Of a stretch of DNA of 64,000 nucleotides, positions 9,168-17,673 are shown piece by piece. Under the pieces are notes generated by a model, which saw only the letters and a list, made by a program, of their open reading frames with translations, did not search any database and was not told where the DNA came from. The stretch lies in NCBI RefSeq assembly GCF_049337375.1, contig NZ_JBMPIV010000001.1; one strand, written 5' to 3'. The translations under genes and the position numbers were made by a program. This stretch comes from Nannocystis pusilla (lineage in GTDB: Bacteria > Myxococcota_A > Polyangia > Nannocystales > Nannocystaceae). How positions within the stretch are numbered: position 1 is the stretch's first letter; each line of letters begins with the position of its first letter.

Positions 9168-9926
9168 CTATCCGTCACAGGCGGGGTTTTCAAGGTCCAG
9201 GGCGACCAGGACGGGTGAGTCTTCGATTGTCACGGCGTGCGAGCAGCTGCGGCCGTCGATCTGGAGGTCGAGGCGATAGCGGCCGGGGTCGACGTCGGCG
9301 ACGCGGTGCGCGCCCTGGAGGCCGGCGCAGGCTTGCTCCTGGCCGCCCAGGCGCAGGCCGCGGTCGCTGCTCAAGTTCTCGCGGTACAGCGCCGGCGGCT
9401 CGTCGGCCTCGGCGAGGAACAGGTCGGCGGCGGGGTCGGCGTAGCGCAGCGAGACCACGAGGTCGCTGCAGGCGCCGGTCAACGCGAGGTCGAGCGGTTG
9501 CGTCGCGCGCTCCAGCTCGAGGTCGACCGCCGTGATCGCGTGGCTCTCGACCTCGCCGACGGCCGCCGCGGCGACGAGCGGCGCCTCCTCGGCGGCCCGG
9601 CCGCTGGCCGTCAAGGCGTAAGTGCCGGGGCGGAGGTCGAGGAAGATCTCCGGCGTCTCGACCGCCCGCGCCGCCGGCGACATGTTGCCGGTCTCACACG
9701 CGTACGCGAACACGCGGTCGCGCGCGGGGTCGCCGGCGTCGATCACCCGCACCGTCACGCCGGACAGTCCCGCCCCCTCGCAGGTGCGCACCCGGCGAGC
9801 TTCAGGACCGTCGACTGCGTTGGCCTCGCGCGCGGTCCACGTCAGCTCGAGGCCGGTGGCGCCGCCCGCGGGCAGGACGCACGCCGGCCCCAAGAGCCAG
9901 GTCCCTAGGAGCAGCCTTCGCAGCAT
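9168..9926 (-). CDS. Secreted Cys-rich protein, paralog of the neighbouring lipoproteins
   Basis: This is the C-terminal in-frame part of the 9168..12290 antisense ORF. ATG at 9926 gives MLRRLLLGTWLLGPAC, a signal peptide and possible lipobox. The shared N-terminal motif LELTWT matches VELNWT in the next gene. Confidence 0.5.
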   Translation of the reverse strand: MLRRLLLGTWLLGPACVLPAGGATGLELTWTAREANAVDGPEARRVRTCEGAGLSGVTVRVIDAGDPARDRVFAYACETGNMSPAARAVETPEIFLDLRPGTYALTASGRAAEEAPLVAAAAVGEVESHAITAVDLELERATQPLDLALTGACSDLVVSLRYADPAADLFLAEADEPPALYRENLSSDRGLRLGGQEQACAGLQGAHRVADVDPGRYRLDLQIDGRSCSHAVTIEDSPVLVALDLENPACDG

Positions 9927-10567
9927 CCTTCGAGGTCCATGACGGTGCGCCCCTGCTCCGGCGGCTCCTGCACGCAGGCGTCGAGGCCGGTGAGCACGAA
10001 GAGGTAGACCTGCAGGTCGGTCAAGAGGCCCGGCTCGACTCTGCGGGTGCGCGGGCCGGGGGTCAGGGCGCAGGCGGGGCCGAGCTCGCAGACGCATCGG
10101 TCCTCGAACTCGGCGACCAGCGCGACCTCGAAGTCGTAGGGCTCCTCCTCGCGGGCCGCGACGATGGAGAACCCTCGGGCGGCCTCGCAGCCGTAGGTGA
10201 GGACGTCGATCTGGCACGACTCGTCGGCGGCGCAGGCCTCCGGGCAATCGGGCTCGCACAGGCGGAGCTGCGTCCGCAGCCGGTAGGGGCGGCGCGGGCC
10301 GTCGGCGGTGGTGCGGCCGATGAAGCCGCACAGGTCGCCGAATTTGTCGCCGCCGACGTTGGCGCCACAGATGTCGTCCAGCTCGCCGGCGGGGAAGATC
10401 GAGCGGCCGGCGGCGTCGACGATCGTCCAATTGAGCTCGACCTCGCCTTTGTCGCGCACGCACGCGGCCGCCGTGGCGAGCGCGAGGATCGCTCCCGCCG
10501 CCGGGCTCGGGCGCCGCCGCAGGTGCGAGCCCGGCGCGGGCGCGAGCGCTTGGGTGGGGCGAGGCAC
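9905..10567 (-). CDS. Cys-rich lipoprotein (signal ...ILALATAAAC), paralogous family
   Basis: Start chosen at GTG 10567 (VPRPTQ...). The more 5' ATGs would overlap divergent tolQ. The C-terminus is ...GCCEGCS. The start is uncertain. Confidence 0.4.
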   Translation of the reverse strand: MPRPTQALAPAPGSHLRRRPSPAAGAILALATAAACVRDKGEVELNWTIVDAAGRSIFPAGELDDICGANVGGDKFGDLCGFIGRTTADGPRRPYRLRTQLRLCEPDCPEACAADESCQIDVLTYGCEAARGFSIVAAREEEPYDFEVALVAEFEDRCVCELGPACALTPGPRTRRVEPGLLTDLQVYLFVLTGLDACVQEPPEQGRTVMDLEGCCEGCS

Positions 10568-10649
10568 GGCCGGGAGGATAGCAAAACCGTACCCGTCGGG
10601 GGCGGCCCGCGGTTTGACGGGGCCGGGCGGGGGCGTGTAGCCTGCCGGC

Positions 10650-11354
10650 GTGTTGCTTCCCGCGCCCAGCTTGCTCGCCGAGATCGACATCGTCCACCTG
10701 CTGTTCGGCGCCAAGGGCCTCGTGCTCGTGGTCGCCATCCTGCTGGTCACCTCGATCTTCACCACGATCTTCGTGATTCTCTACAAGCTGATCCACATCA
10801 GCCAGGCGCAGTCGCAGTCGATCACGTTCCTCGACCGGTTCTGGGAGTCGAAGCGCCTCGACGACATCTACCGGGTCGCCGAGCAGCTCAAGTACAGCCC
10901 GCTGGCAGCGATGTTCCGCGCCGGCTACATCGAGCTGTCCAAGGTCAAGAAGGGCCAGAACGAGACCACCGGCTCGATGCACGAGAAGATGGACGGGCTC
11001 GAGAACATCGAGCGCGCGCTGGCCCGCGCCAAGGTCAGCGAGACCACCAAGCTCGAGAACCTGATGCCGCTGCTGGCCACCATCGGCTCGGCCGCGCCGT
11101 TCGTCGGTCTGCTCGGCACGGTGTGGGGCATCATGGAGGCGTTCTCTGCCATCGCCGCGTCCGGCTCGGCCGACCTGGCGACGGTCTCGGGCCCGATCGC
11201 CGAGGCGCTGGTGGCGACCGCGACGTCGCTGATGAGCGCGATCCCGGCGGTCATGGCGTACAACTACTTCAACCGCCGCATCAAGGTGCTCGGCGCCGAG
11301 ATGACGACGTTCGGCAGCGACTACACCAACATCGTCAAGCGCCACTTCTTCTAA
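10650..11354 (+). CDS. tolQ: MotA/TolQ/ExbB proton-channel protein
   Basis: Three-TM topology and a conserved C-terminal region (AIPAVMAYNYFNRRI). It is followed by a tolR/exbD-like gene and tolB. Confidence 0.85.
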   Translation: MLLPAPSLLAEIDIVHLLFGAKGLVLVVAILLVTSIFTTIFVILYKLIHISQAQSQSITFLDRFWESKRLDDIYRVAEQLKYSPLAAMFRAGYIELSKVKKGQNETTGSMHEKMDGLENIERALARAKVSETTKLENLMPLLATIGSAAPFVGLLGTVWGIMEAFSAIAASGSADLATVSGPIAEALVATATSLMSAIPAVMAYNYFNRRIKVLGAEMTTFGSDYTNIVKRHFF

Positions 11355-11384
11355 TCGGTCGCCTGCTACGATCACGGTGGACGC

Positions 11385-11831
11385 ATGAGCAGCAAGGTCA
11401 CAGCAGACGCGATCCAGGGCGAGGGCCCGGTCTCGGCGATCAACGTCACGCCGCTGGTCGACGTGATGTTGTGTCTGCTCATCATCTTCATGGTGTCGAC
11501 GCCGATGATGGCGCCGAAGCAGCCGCAGAAGATCGCGGTGCCGAAGGCCAAGGCGCAGGCGATCGCGCAGGAGCAATTCCTGCTGGCCACGGTGTCGGTC
11601 GACGCCAAGGGCGACGTCTTCATGGGCACGGTCGCGCTCTCGCGCGACCCCGCGACCATGGCCAACGAGCTCAGCAGCAACGCGCGCCTCAAGCAGGACG
11701 GGGTGGCCTTCATCCAGGGTGACTCGAACATCGAGTTCAGCCGGATCGTCGAGGTGCTCGTCGCGTTGCGTACGGCCGGGGTGTCCAAGGTCGGCTTCTT
11801 GACCGACCCGAAGGTCCCGCCGCGCACCTGA
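11385..11831 (+). CDS. tolR: ExbD/TolR biopolymer transport protein
   Basis: N-terminal INVTPLVDVMLCLLIIFMV motif, a single TM helix and a periplasmic domain. Confidence 0.85.
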   Translation: MSSKVTADAIQGEGPVSAINVTPLVDVMLCLLIIFMVSTPMMAPKQPQKIAVPKAKAQAIAQEQFLLATVSVDAKGDVFMGTVALSRDPATMANELSSNARLKQDGVAFIQGDSNIEFSRIVEVLVALRTAGVSKVGFLTDPKVPPRT

Positions 11832-11844
11832 GAGGGAACGAGCG

Positions 11845-12699
11845 ATGTCCGAGATCAAAGTCCGCACCGTGCCGATGCTGCTGTCGCCGTTCGTCGAGCT
11901 GGGCCGCCAGTTCGGCGACATCCTGCGCAACCCGACGGCGTTCTTCGGTAGCCTGCTGGGCTCGGCGCTGCTCACCGGCGGGGTGGCCGCGCTGGTGATG
12001 TTCGGGCCGACCTTCGAGGTCTCGGCCGACGAGGACGACGACGAGCTCGAGATGGAGTTCATGCCCGGCGAGCTGGTGCGGCTCGGGCCCAAGCTCGACC
12101 CGACGGAGATCCCGGAGAAGATCATCGTCGAGAAGACGGTCGCGGCCGAGCAGGCCGCCGAGACGACGGTGACCGACGACGACAAGGCGAAGCCGACCAC
12201 CGAGCCGAAGAAGAACGAGCCGAAGAAGAACGACACCAAGTCGACCGAGAAGCCCGACCCCAACAAGAAGGGCGCCAAGGAGTCCGACAAGAATCAGGAC
12301 TCGAACACGCCGCACAACGACCTGCCCACGGTCAAGCAGCTGCCCGGCGATCCCTTCGGCTCGTCGGACGGCTGGTCCGACACCTTCAAGGAAGGCGACC
12401 CGTGGGCCACCGAGGTCATGAAGGTGCTGAACGGCATGAAGGTCGGCACCTTCGGCGCGGAGGGCAAGGACGCGACCTACAAGTTCCGCCTCGAGGTCTG
12501 CCCCGACGGCAAGCTGTCGGCCCAGAAGAAGGAAGGCACGGGCGACACCACGCTGGACGCGCGGATCAAGAGCACGATCGACGGCCTCAAGGTCAGCGTG
12601 CCCGCGGGCGTGGCCGACTTGCTCAAGGGCAAGTGCAAGAAGATCCAGTACGAGTTCACGTGGCGCGGCAAGGGTGCCGGCGCCGGCGCGGTCAAGTAG
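11845..12699 (+). CDS. TolA/TonB-like protein (TM anchor, acidic/lysine-rich linker, C-terminal domain)
   Basis: Inferred from its position between tolR and tolB, one N-terminal TM helix, and a low-complexity charged linker (KPTTEPKKNEPKKNDTK). Confidence 0.55.
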   Translation: MSEIKVRTVPMLLSPFVELGRQFGDILRNPTAFFGSLLGSALLTGGVAALVMFGPTFEVSADEDDDELEMEFMPGELVRLGPKLDPTEIPEKIIVEKTVAAEQAAETTVTDDDKAKPTTEPKKNEPKKNDTKSTEKPDPNKKGAKESDKNQDSNTPHNDLPTVKQLPGDPFGSSDGWSDTFKEGDPWATEVMKVLNGMKVGTFGAEGKDATYKFRLEVCPDGKLSAQKKEGTGDTTLDARIKSTIDGLKVSVPAGVADLLKGKCKKIQYEFTWRGKGAGAGAVK

Positions 12700-12905
12700 T
12701 GGATAGGAGCCGCGGCTCGGCCCGGCAGTTGACATTTTGTCCGCATGCGGCCGGCTGAGCCGTCGTCCGGCCGGTTGCGGCGGCCGGCCGGTGCAGCGGG
12801 CCCCCAGCGCGGCCGCGGTCGAAAGGGCCACAATTGGCCCGCGGGGGGGTTCCCCAGGGCTTGACTGGCGGGTATGGTTGGCACGCTCAGAAGGTGCCAT
12901 CGCCC

Positions 12906-14180
12906 ATGAAGCGGACCCTGCTCGGAACTTCTTTCCTCGCCACCCTCCTGCTCAGCGCCTCGTTTTACGCGGGCAAACAGCCGGCCCTGGCCAACGCGGC
13001 TCCGGCCGCGGGCTCGGAGGTCGACCTCGGCGGCGGGTTCACGCTGCTGCGTCTCGCGGTCCCGGCCGACGGCCGCATCGGCGACATCCTGCGCAAGAAC
13101 GCGTTGATCTCGAGCGGCTTCGAGGTCATCGACCGGCGCAGCATCCCGGCCGCGCTGATCAAGGCCAACGACTTCGACCAGAAGGGCTGGCAGGACATCG
13201 GCGCCCAGGCCGTGATCCTCGCCGACGAGGTCGGCGGTCAGTTCAAGTTCCGCCTGTTCGACATGGGCGCCGGCGGCAAGCCGGTGCTGTCGCGCGGCTA
13301 CGCGGCCAACGACCCGCTCAAGGCCGCGAACCGGTTCATGAACGACGTGATCGAGCACTACACCAAGATCCCGGGTGTGTTCGGCTCGCGCATCGCGTTC
13401 GTCCGTACCAACCGCACGCCGACGGTCACGAAGAACGTGTTCACGGTCGAGATGAACGGCGAGTCGCCGGCCTCGATCACCAACAACCGCTCGCTCAACA
13501 TCTCGCCGTCGATCGGCCCCGGCGGCCAGGTGCTCTTCACCTCCTACGCCAAGCGCAACCCCGACCTGTGGATGAGCTCCGGCGGCTCGCTCAGCCGGAT
13601 CAGCACCCAGCGCGGCCTCAACCTCGGCGGCGTGATGAGCCCCGACGGCTCGAGCATCGCGCTGACGCTGTCGAAGGACGGCAACTCCGAGATCTACCTC
13701 ATCGACACGGGCGGCACGATCAAGGCCCGCCTCACCAACAACGCGGCGATCGACGGCTCGCCGACGTGGAGCCCGGGCTCGAACCAGCTCGCGTTCGTGT
13801 CGAGCCGCTCGGGCGGCCCGCAGGTGTTCCGCATGGGCTCCAACGGCGCCGGCGCGACCCGCCTGACCAAGCAGGGCAGCTACAACCAGACGCCCGACTG
13901 GAACCCCGGCCAGGGCGCCCGCGCCAACCTCGTCGCCTACGCCGGCCGCGACAACTCCAACCGCTACGACATCTTCTCGATCGACGTCGGCAGCGGCAAG
14001 CTGGCGCGCCTGACCCAGAACCCGGGCCGCAACCTCGACCCGACCTGGTCGCCCGACGGCCGCATGATCGCGTTCCAGTCGACCGTCGGCGGCATCGTCG
14101 TCGCCAACGACAAGGGCAACAACCAGCAGGTCATCGCCAAGGCCGGCACCACGCCCGACTGGGGCCCGCGCAGCGAGTAG
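12906..14180 (+). CDS. tolB: Tol-Pal system beta-propeller protein TolB
   Basis: Signal peptide from internal Met 12906 (MKRTLLGTSFLATLLL). The N-terminal TolB domain is followed by repeated WSPDG beta-propeller blades. Confidence 0.85.
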   Translation: MKRTLLGTSFLATLLLSASFYAGKQPALANAAPAAGSEVDLGGGFTLLRLAVPADGRIGDILRKNALISSGFEVIDRRSIPAALIKANDFDQKGWQDIGAQAVILADEVGGQFKFRLFDMGAGGKPVLSRGYAANDPLKAANRFMNDVIEHYTKIPGVFGSRIAFVRTNRTPTVTKNVFTVEMNGESPASITNNRSLNISPSIGPGGQVLFTSYAKRNPDLWMSSGGSLSRISTQRGLNLGGVMSPDGSSIALTLSKDGNSEIYLIDTGGTIKARLTNNAAIDGSPTWSPGSNQLAFVSSRSGGPQVFRMGSNGAGATRLTKQGSYNQTPDWNPGQGARANLVAYAGRDNSNRYDIFSIDVGSGKLARLTQNPGRNLDPTWSPDGRMIAFQSTVGGIVVANDKGNNQQVIAKAGTTPDWGPRSE

Positions 14181-14210
14181 GTCCTTCGGGACATGTCCCC
14201 AAACTCAGGT
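14181..14210. repeat. Single palindromic unit CCTTCGGGACATGTCCCCAAA between tolB and ppx
   Basis: Contains the perfect 12-bp palindrome GGGACATGTCCC, matching the core of the dispersed family. Confidence 0.6.
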
Positions 14211-15143
14211 GAGCCTGCGACGCCGCGCGCCGCGGATCCGCGAGGATCCTGGCGCGCGGTCATCGATATCGGGACCAACAGCGTCCTGCTGCTGGTCGCC
14301 CGCTGGCGCGGCCAAGACATCGAGATCGCGCTCGACCAGGCGACGATCACCCGCCTCGGCAAGGGCGTGGCCGCGACCGGCGTGCTGGCGCCCGAGTCGA
14401 TCGCCCGCACGCTCGCGGTGCTGAAGCAGTACCGCGCGACCGCGGCGCAGTACGGCGCGACGCCGCTGGCGGTCACGACCGAGGGCGTGCGCCTGGCCAG
14501 CAACCGCGACGAATTCCTTCGGCCCGCGGCGGAGGTGCTCGGCGCGCCGGTGCGGCTGCTCAGCGGCGCCGAGGAGGCCGAGCTGTCGTTCCGCTCGGTG
14601 GCGCAGGAGACCGGGTCGGCCGGGCCGCTGCGCGTGCTCGACATCGGCGGCGGCTCGACCGAGCTGGCCGTCGGCGAGGGCGAGCAGCTGGTCTCGTCGG
14701 TGTCGCACCCGATCGGCGCGGTGCGGCTCCACGAACGGTTCGTGGCGCACGATCCGCCGGAGCCATCGGAGGTGGCGCAGATCGAGCTCGCGGCGCTGGA
14801 CACGTTCCGGCGCGGACAGCCGCTCGCGGCGTACCCGATCCTCACCGGGCTCGCGGGCACGGTCACGACCGCGGCGGCGATGCTGCGCGAGCTGCCGGCC
14901 TACGAGCGCGATGCGGTCGACGCCACGGCGTTCGCGTACGCCCAGGTCCGCGACCTCCGCGATCGCGCGGCGCAGGTGACCGCCGCGGAGCGGTGCCGCC
15001 TGTGGCCCGCGCTCGACCCGGCGCGCGCCGACGTGATCGTCGCGGGTCTGACGATCCTGGTCGCGGCGATGCAGCACTGCGGGGCCACCAGCCTGGTCGT
15101 GCGCGACCGCGGCCTGCGCTACGCGCTGATCGAGAGGGATTGA
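14193..15143 (+). CDS. Ppx/GppA family phosphatase (exopolyphosphatase / pppGpp phosphohydrolase)
   Basis: ASKHA fold motifs (IDIGTNSVLLLV, LDIGGGSTEL). Confidence 0.8.
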   Translation: MSPNSGEPATPRAADPRGSWRAVIDIGTNSVLLLVARWRGQDIEIALDQATITRLGKGVAATGVLAPESIARTLAVLKQYRATAAQYGATPLAVTTEGVRLASNRDEFLRPAAEVLGAPVRLLSGAEEAELSFRSVAQETGSAGPLRVLDIGGGSTELAVGEGEQLVSSVSHPIGAVRLHERFVAHDPPEPSEVAQIELAALDTFRRGQPLAAYPILTGLAGTVTTAAAMLRELPAYERDAVDATAFAYAQVRDLRDRAAQVTAAERCRLWPALDPARADVIVAGLTILVAAMQHCGATSLVVRDRGLRYALIERD

Positions 15144-15970
15144 TGCGCGTCGACCTGCACTGCCACTCGACGTGCTCGGACGGCAGTCTGTCGCCGACCG
15201 AGGTGGCGACGCGGGCCCAAGCCGAGGGCGTGCAGCTGTTCTGCCTGACCGACCACGACTCGGTGGCCGGCTACGAGGCGACGGCGGCGGCGCTGCCGAA
15301 CACGAGGGTGCTGCGCGGGGTCGAGCTGAGCTGCCGCCACGCCGGCAAGACCGTCCACCTGCTGATCTACGGGGTCCGCGAGGGGAGCGGGCTGACGGCG
15401 CTGCAAGGCCGGCTCGAACATGTCCTCGAGGACAGACGCACGCGGCTCAAGGCGATCATCGCCCGCCTGCGCCGGCTCGGGGTCAAGCTCGACGGCGAGA
15501 AGATCCTCATCGCCACCCACGGCCACACGCCCGGCCGGCCCGACGTGGCCCGCGCGCTGGTCGAGGCCGGGGTGGTCCGCTCGCAGCGCGAGGCGTTCGA
15601 GCGCTACCTCCACGACGGCGGCCCGGCCGACGTCGCGCTCGAGCGCGTGTCGCTCGACGACGGCCTCCGCCTCGGCCGCAACTCGGGGGCCAAGATGTCG
15701 CTGGCCCACCCGCACACGCTGCGGTCGCCGCAGCTGGTCGACGAGATGTTCGTGCAGTACCGGTCGGCCGGCCTCGAGGGTATCGAGGCCTACTACGGCC
15801 GCTACGGGGCGCAGGAGCGCGGACTGTGGCTGAACGTGGCCAAGCGGCGCGAGCTGGTGGTCACCGGCGGCTCGGACTTCCACGGGGCGGCGGTGCCGGA
15901 GATCCGTCAACCAGGCATCGAGCTGCCGGACCGCCATGCGGAGCGCCTGCAGGCCTGGCTGGCGGAGTGA
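15143..15970 (+). CDS. PHP-domain phosphoesterase (TrpH/YciV-like)
   Basis: MRVDLHCHSTCSDGS N-terminus, a downstream histidine cluster, and a TGATG stop/start overlap with ppx. Confidence 0.8.
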   Translation: MRVDLHCHSTCSDGSLSPTEVATRAQAEGVQLFCLTDHDSVAGYEATAAALPNTRVLRGVELSCRHAGKTVHLLIYGVREGSGLTALQGRLEHVLEDRRTRLKAIIARLRRLGVKLDGEKILIATHGHTPGRPDVARALVEAGVVRSQREAFERYLHDGGPADVALERVSLDDGLRLGRNSGAKMSLAHPHTLRSPQLVDEMFVQYRSAGLEGIEAYYGRYGAQERGLWLNVAKRRELVVTGGSDFHGAAVPEIRQPGIELPDRHAERLQAWLAE

Positions 15971-16059
15971 GCGGACCGCGAGCGCCGCGGGTCGTATTGA
16001 CTTTGCGACATGTGTGAAGGGCCAGGTCCGAAGGGACAGGGTCGAAGGGGCAGGTAGAA

Positions 16060-17673
16060 GTGAGCGCGGGCGGCGGCGAGACCGGGGCGGAGCGGCGAGG
16101 TGAGGACCGGCCGGTGCTGCTGCGCGTCGAGGGGCTGACGATCGCGCGGCCCGACGGCGCGCCGCTGGTCGAGGCGCTGGCGCTGACGCTGCGGGCCGGC
16201 GAGACCGCGGCGGTGTTCGGCGCCAGCGGGGCCGGCAAGTCGACGCTGATGGCGGCGCTGCACGACGCGGACGGGCTGCGAGCGCGCGGGTTTGCGGTCC
16301 GGGCGGCGACGTTCACGGCGGCCGGCGCGGTCGGGATCGTGCCGCAGCGCGGGGCGCTGCTCGACCACCTGAGCGCGGCCGGAAACATCGCCCTGGCGCT
16401 GCGCAACGCCGAGCAGCCGGTGTCCGCCACGCCGCAAGAGGTCGAGCGCTGGATCGCCGCGCTCGACCTGCCGCGGCGCTGGAGCGACGAGGCGCAGGCG
16501 GTCGCGCACGTCAGCGGCGGCGAGGCGCAGCGCCTGGCCGTCGCGCGCACGCTGGCGGGCGGGCGGCGGATCTTGCTGCTCGACGAGCCCTCGGTCGGGC
16601 TCGATCCGCTCCGCGTCGATCGCCTGGCGGCGGCGCTGCGCGGGCAGATCGCCGGCCAGAGCGCGGCCGCGCTGGCGATCACCCACGACCTCGAGTTCGC
16701 GGCCGGCTTCGCCGATCGCTTCCTCTACCTCGACCCGGTCGCGGGACGCCTGGTCGAGCTGCCGATCGCGCGCGGCGAGACGGCGGCGGCGACGGTCGTG
16801 GCGCTCGGGGCGGCGCTGCGCGAGCTGCTGGCCAAAGAGACAGGTCAGGCGGGCGGGCGATCGCGGCGGCGCTTGGGGGCGCGGCTGCGAGCTGTCCTCG
16901 GGGACATGTTGGCGCCGTTCGCGGTGCTGGTCCGGGCCCTGGCGGCCGCTCCGGCGGCGCTGGCTCGCCCGCGCGACTTCACCGAGGTGGCGCGGGTGAC
17001 CTTCGCGCAGGGCCTGTGGCGCCCGCTCGGCTTCATCGCCGCGGTGTCGCTGCTGGTCGGCTTCACCCTGCTTTACATCTTCCACCGCGCGTTCTCGGGC
17101 GGCGGGGTGCCGGTGCGGCCGGACAAGATCTTCGCGCTGATCGGGTCGATGCACGTGCTGGCCCTGGCGCCGCCGCTGTCGGCGATCCTGTTCGCGGCGA
17201 CGTCGGGCAGCGCGGTCGCGGCCTGGCTCGGCGGGATGTCGCTGACGCGCCAGACGGCGGCGCTGCGCGGGCTCGGGATCGCCGAGGCGCGCTACTTGTG
17301 GCTGCCGGCGGTGCTCGGGCTGGCGCTGGCGTACGTGGTGCTGGCGGGGGTGTTCACCGGCGGGATGGTGCTCGGCGGGCTGCTCTACTTGAAGCTGCAG
17401 GTGCCGGCGCTCGCCGACCCGTGGCTGGTCGTCACCGCCGACTTGCTCGATCCGCCGGGCGCGCGCGCGCCGTTCCGCGCGCGCGCGCTGGTGCTGGTGG
17501 CGCTCTACGCCGGCGGTATCGCGGCGGACGCGGTGGCCAAGGGGTCGAGCGACAAGGCCAGCGCCGACGCCGTCACCGCGGCGATGGTCCGCAGCGTGAT
17601 GGCCTGTACGCTATGGGTGGTGGCGCTCGAGCTGGCGTCGCTGGTCGTGCTGTATGGCGCTCGCGGAGGATAA
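16060..17673 (+). CDS. Fused ABC ATPase-permease of the Mla/Mce type (MlaF-MlaE-like)
   Basis: GTG start. The N-terminal half is an ABC ATPase (Walker A GASGAGKST, signature VSGGEAQRLAVARTL, Walker B ILLLDEP). The C-terminal half is an MlaE-like permease with multiple TM helices. Confidence 0.75.
   Translation: MSAGGGETGAERRGEDRPVLLRVEGLTIARPDGAPLVEALALTLRAGETAAVFGASGAGKSTLMAALHDADGLRARGFAVRAATFTAAGAVGIVPQRGALLDHLSAAGNIALALRNAEQPVSATPQEVERWIAALDLPRRWSDEAQAVAHVSGGEAQRLAVARTLAGGRRILLLDEPSVGLDPLRVDRLAAALRGQIAGQSAAALAITHDLEFAAGFADRFLYLDPVAGRLVELPIARGETAAATVVALGAALRELLAKETGQAGGRSRRRLGARLRAVLGDMLAPFAVLVRALAAAPAALARPRDFTEVARVTFAQGLWRPLGFIAAVSLLVGFTLLYIFHRAFSGGGVPVRPDKIFALIGSMHVLALAPPLSAILFAATSGSAVAAWLGGMSLTRQTAALRGLGIAEARYLWLPAVLGLALAYVVLAGVFTGGMVLGGLLYLKLQVPALADPWLVVTADLLDPPGARAPFRARALVLVALYAGGIAADAVAKGSSDKASADAVTAAMVRSVMACTLWVVALELASLVVLYGARGG

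Noticed and set aside
15415-15435. Additional single matches to the GGACATGTCC-like core inside CDSs. Examples are 15415-15435 in the PHP gene, 16866-16890 in mlaFE, 21290-21315 in hipA, and 45250-45280 and 46170-46200 in the SNF2 gene.
   Set aside because: They are isolated, imperfect, and lack the 14-bp tandem phase. Chance occurrence of a 9-10-mer in GC-rich coding DNA cannot be excluded, so they were not counted as elements.
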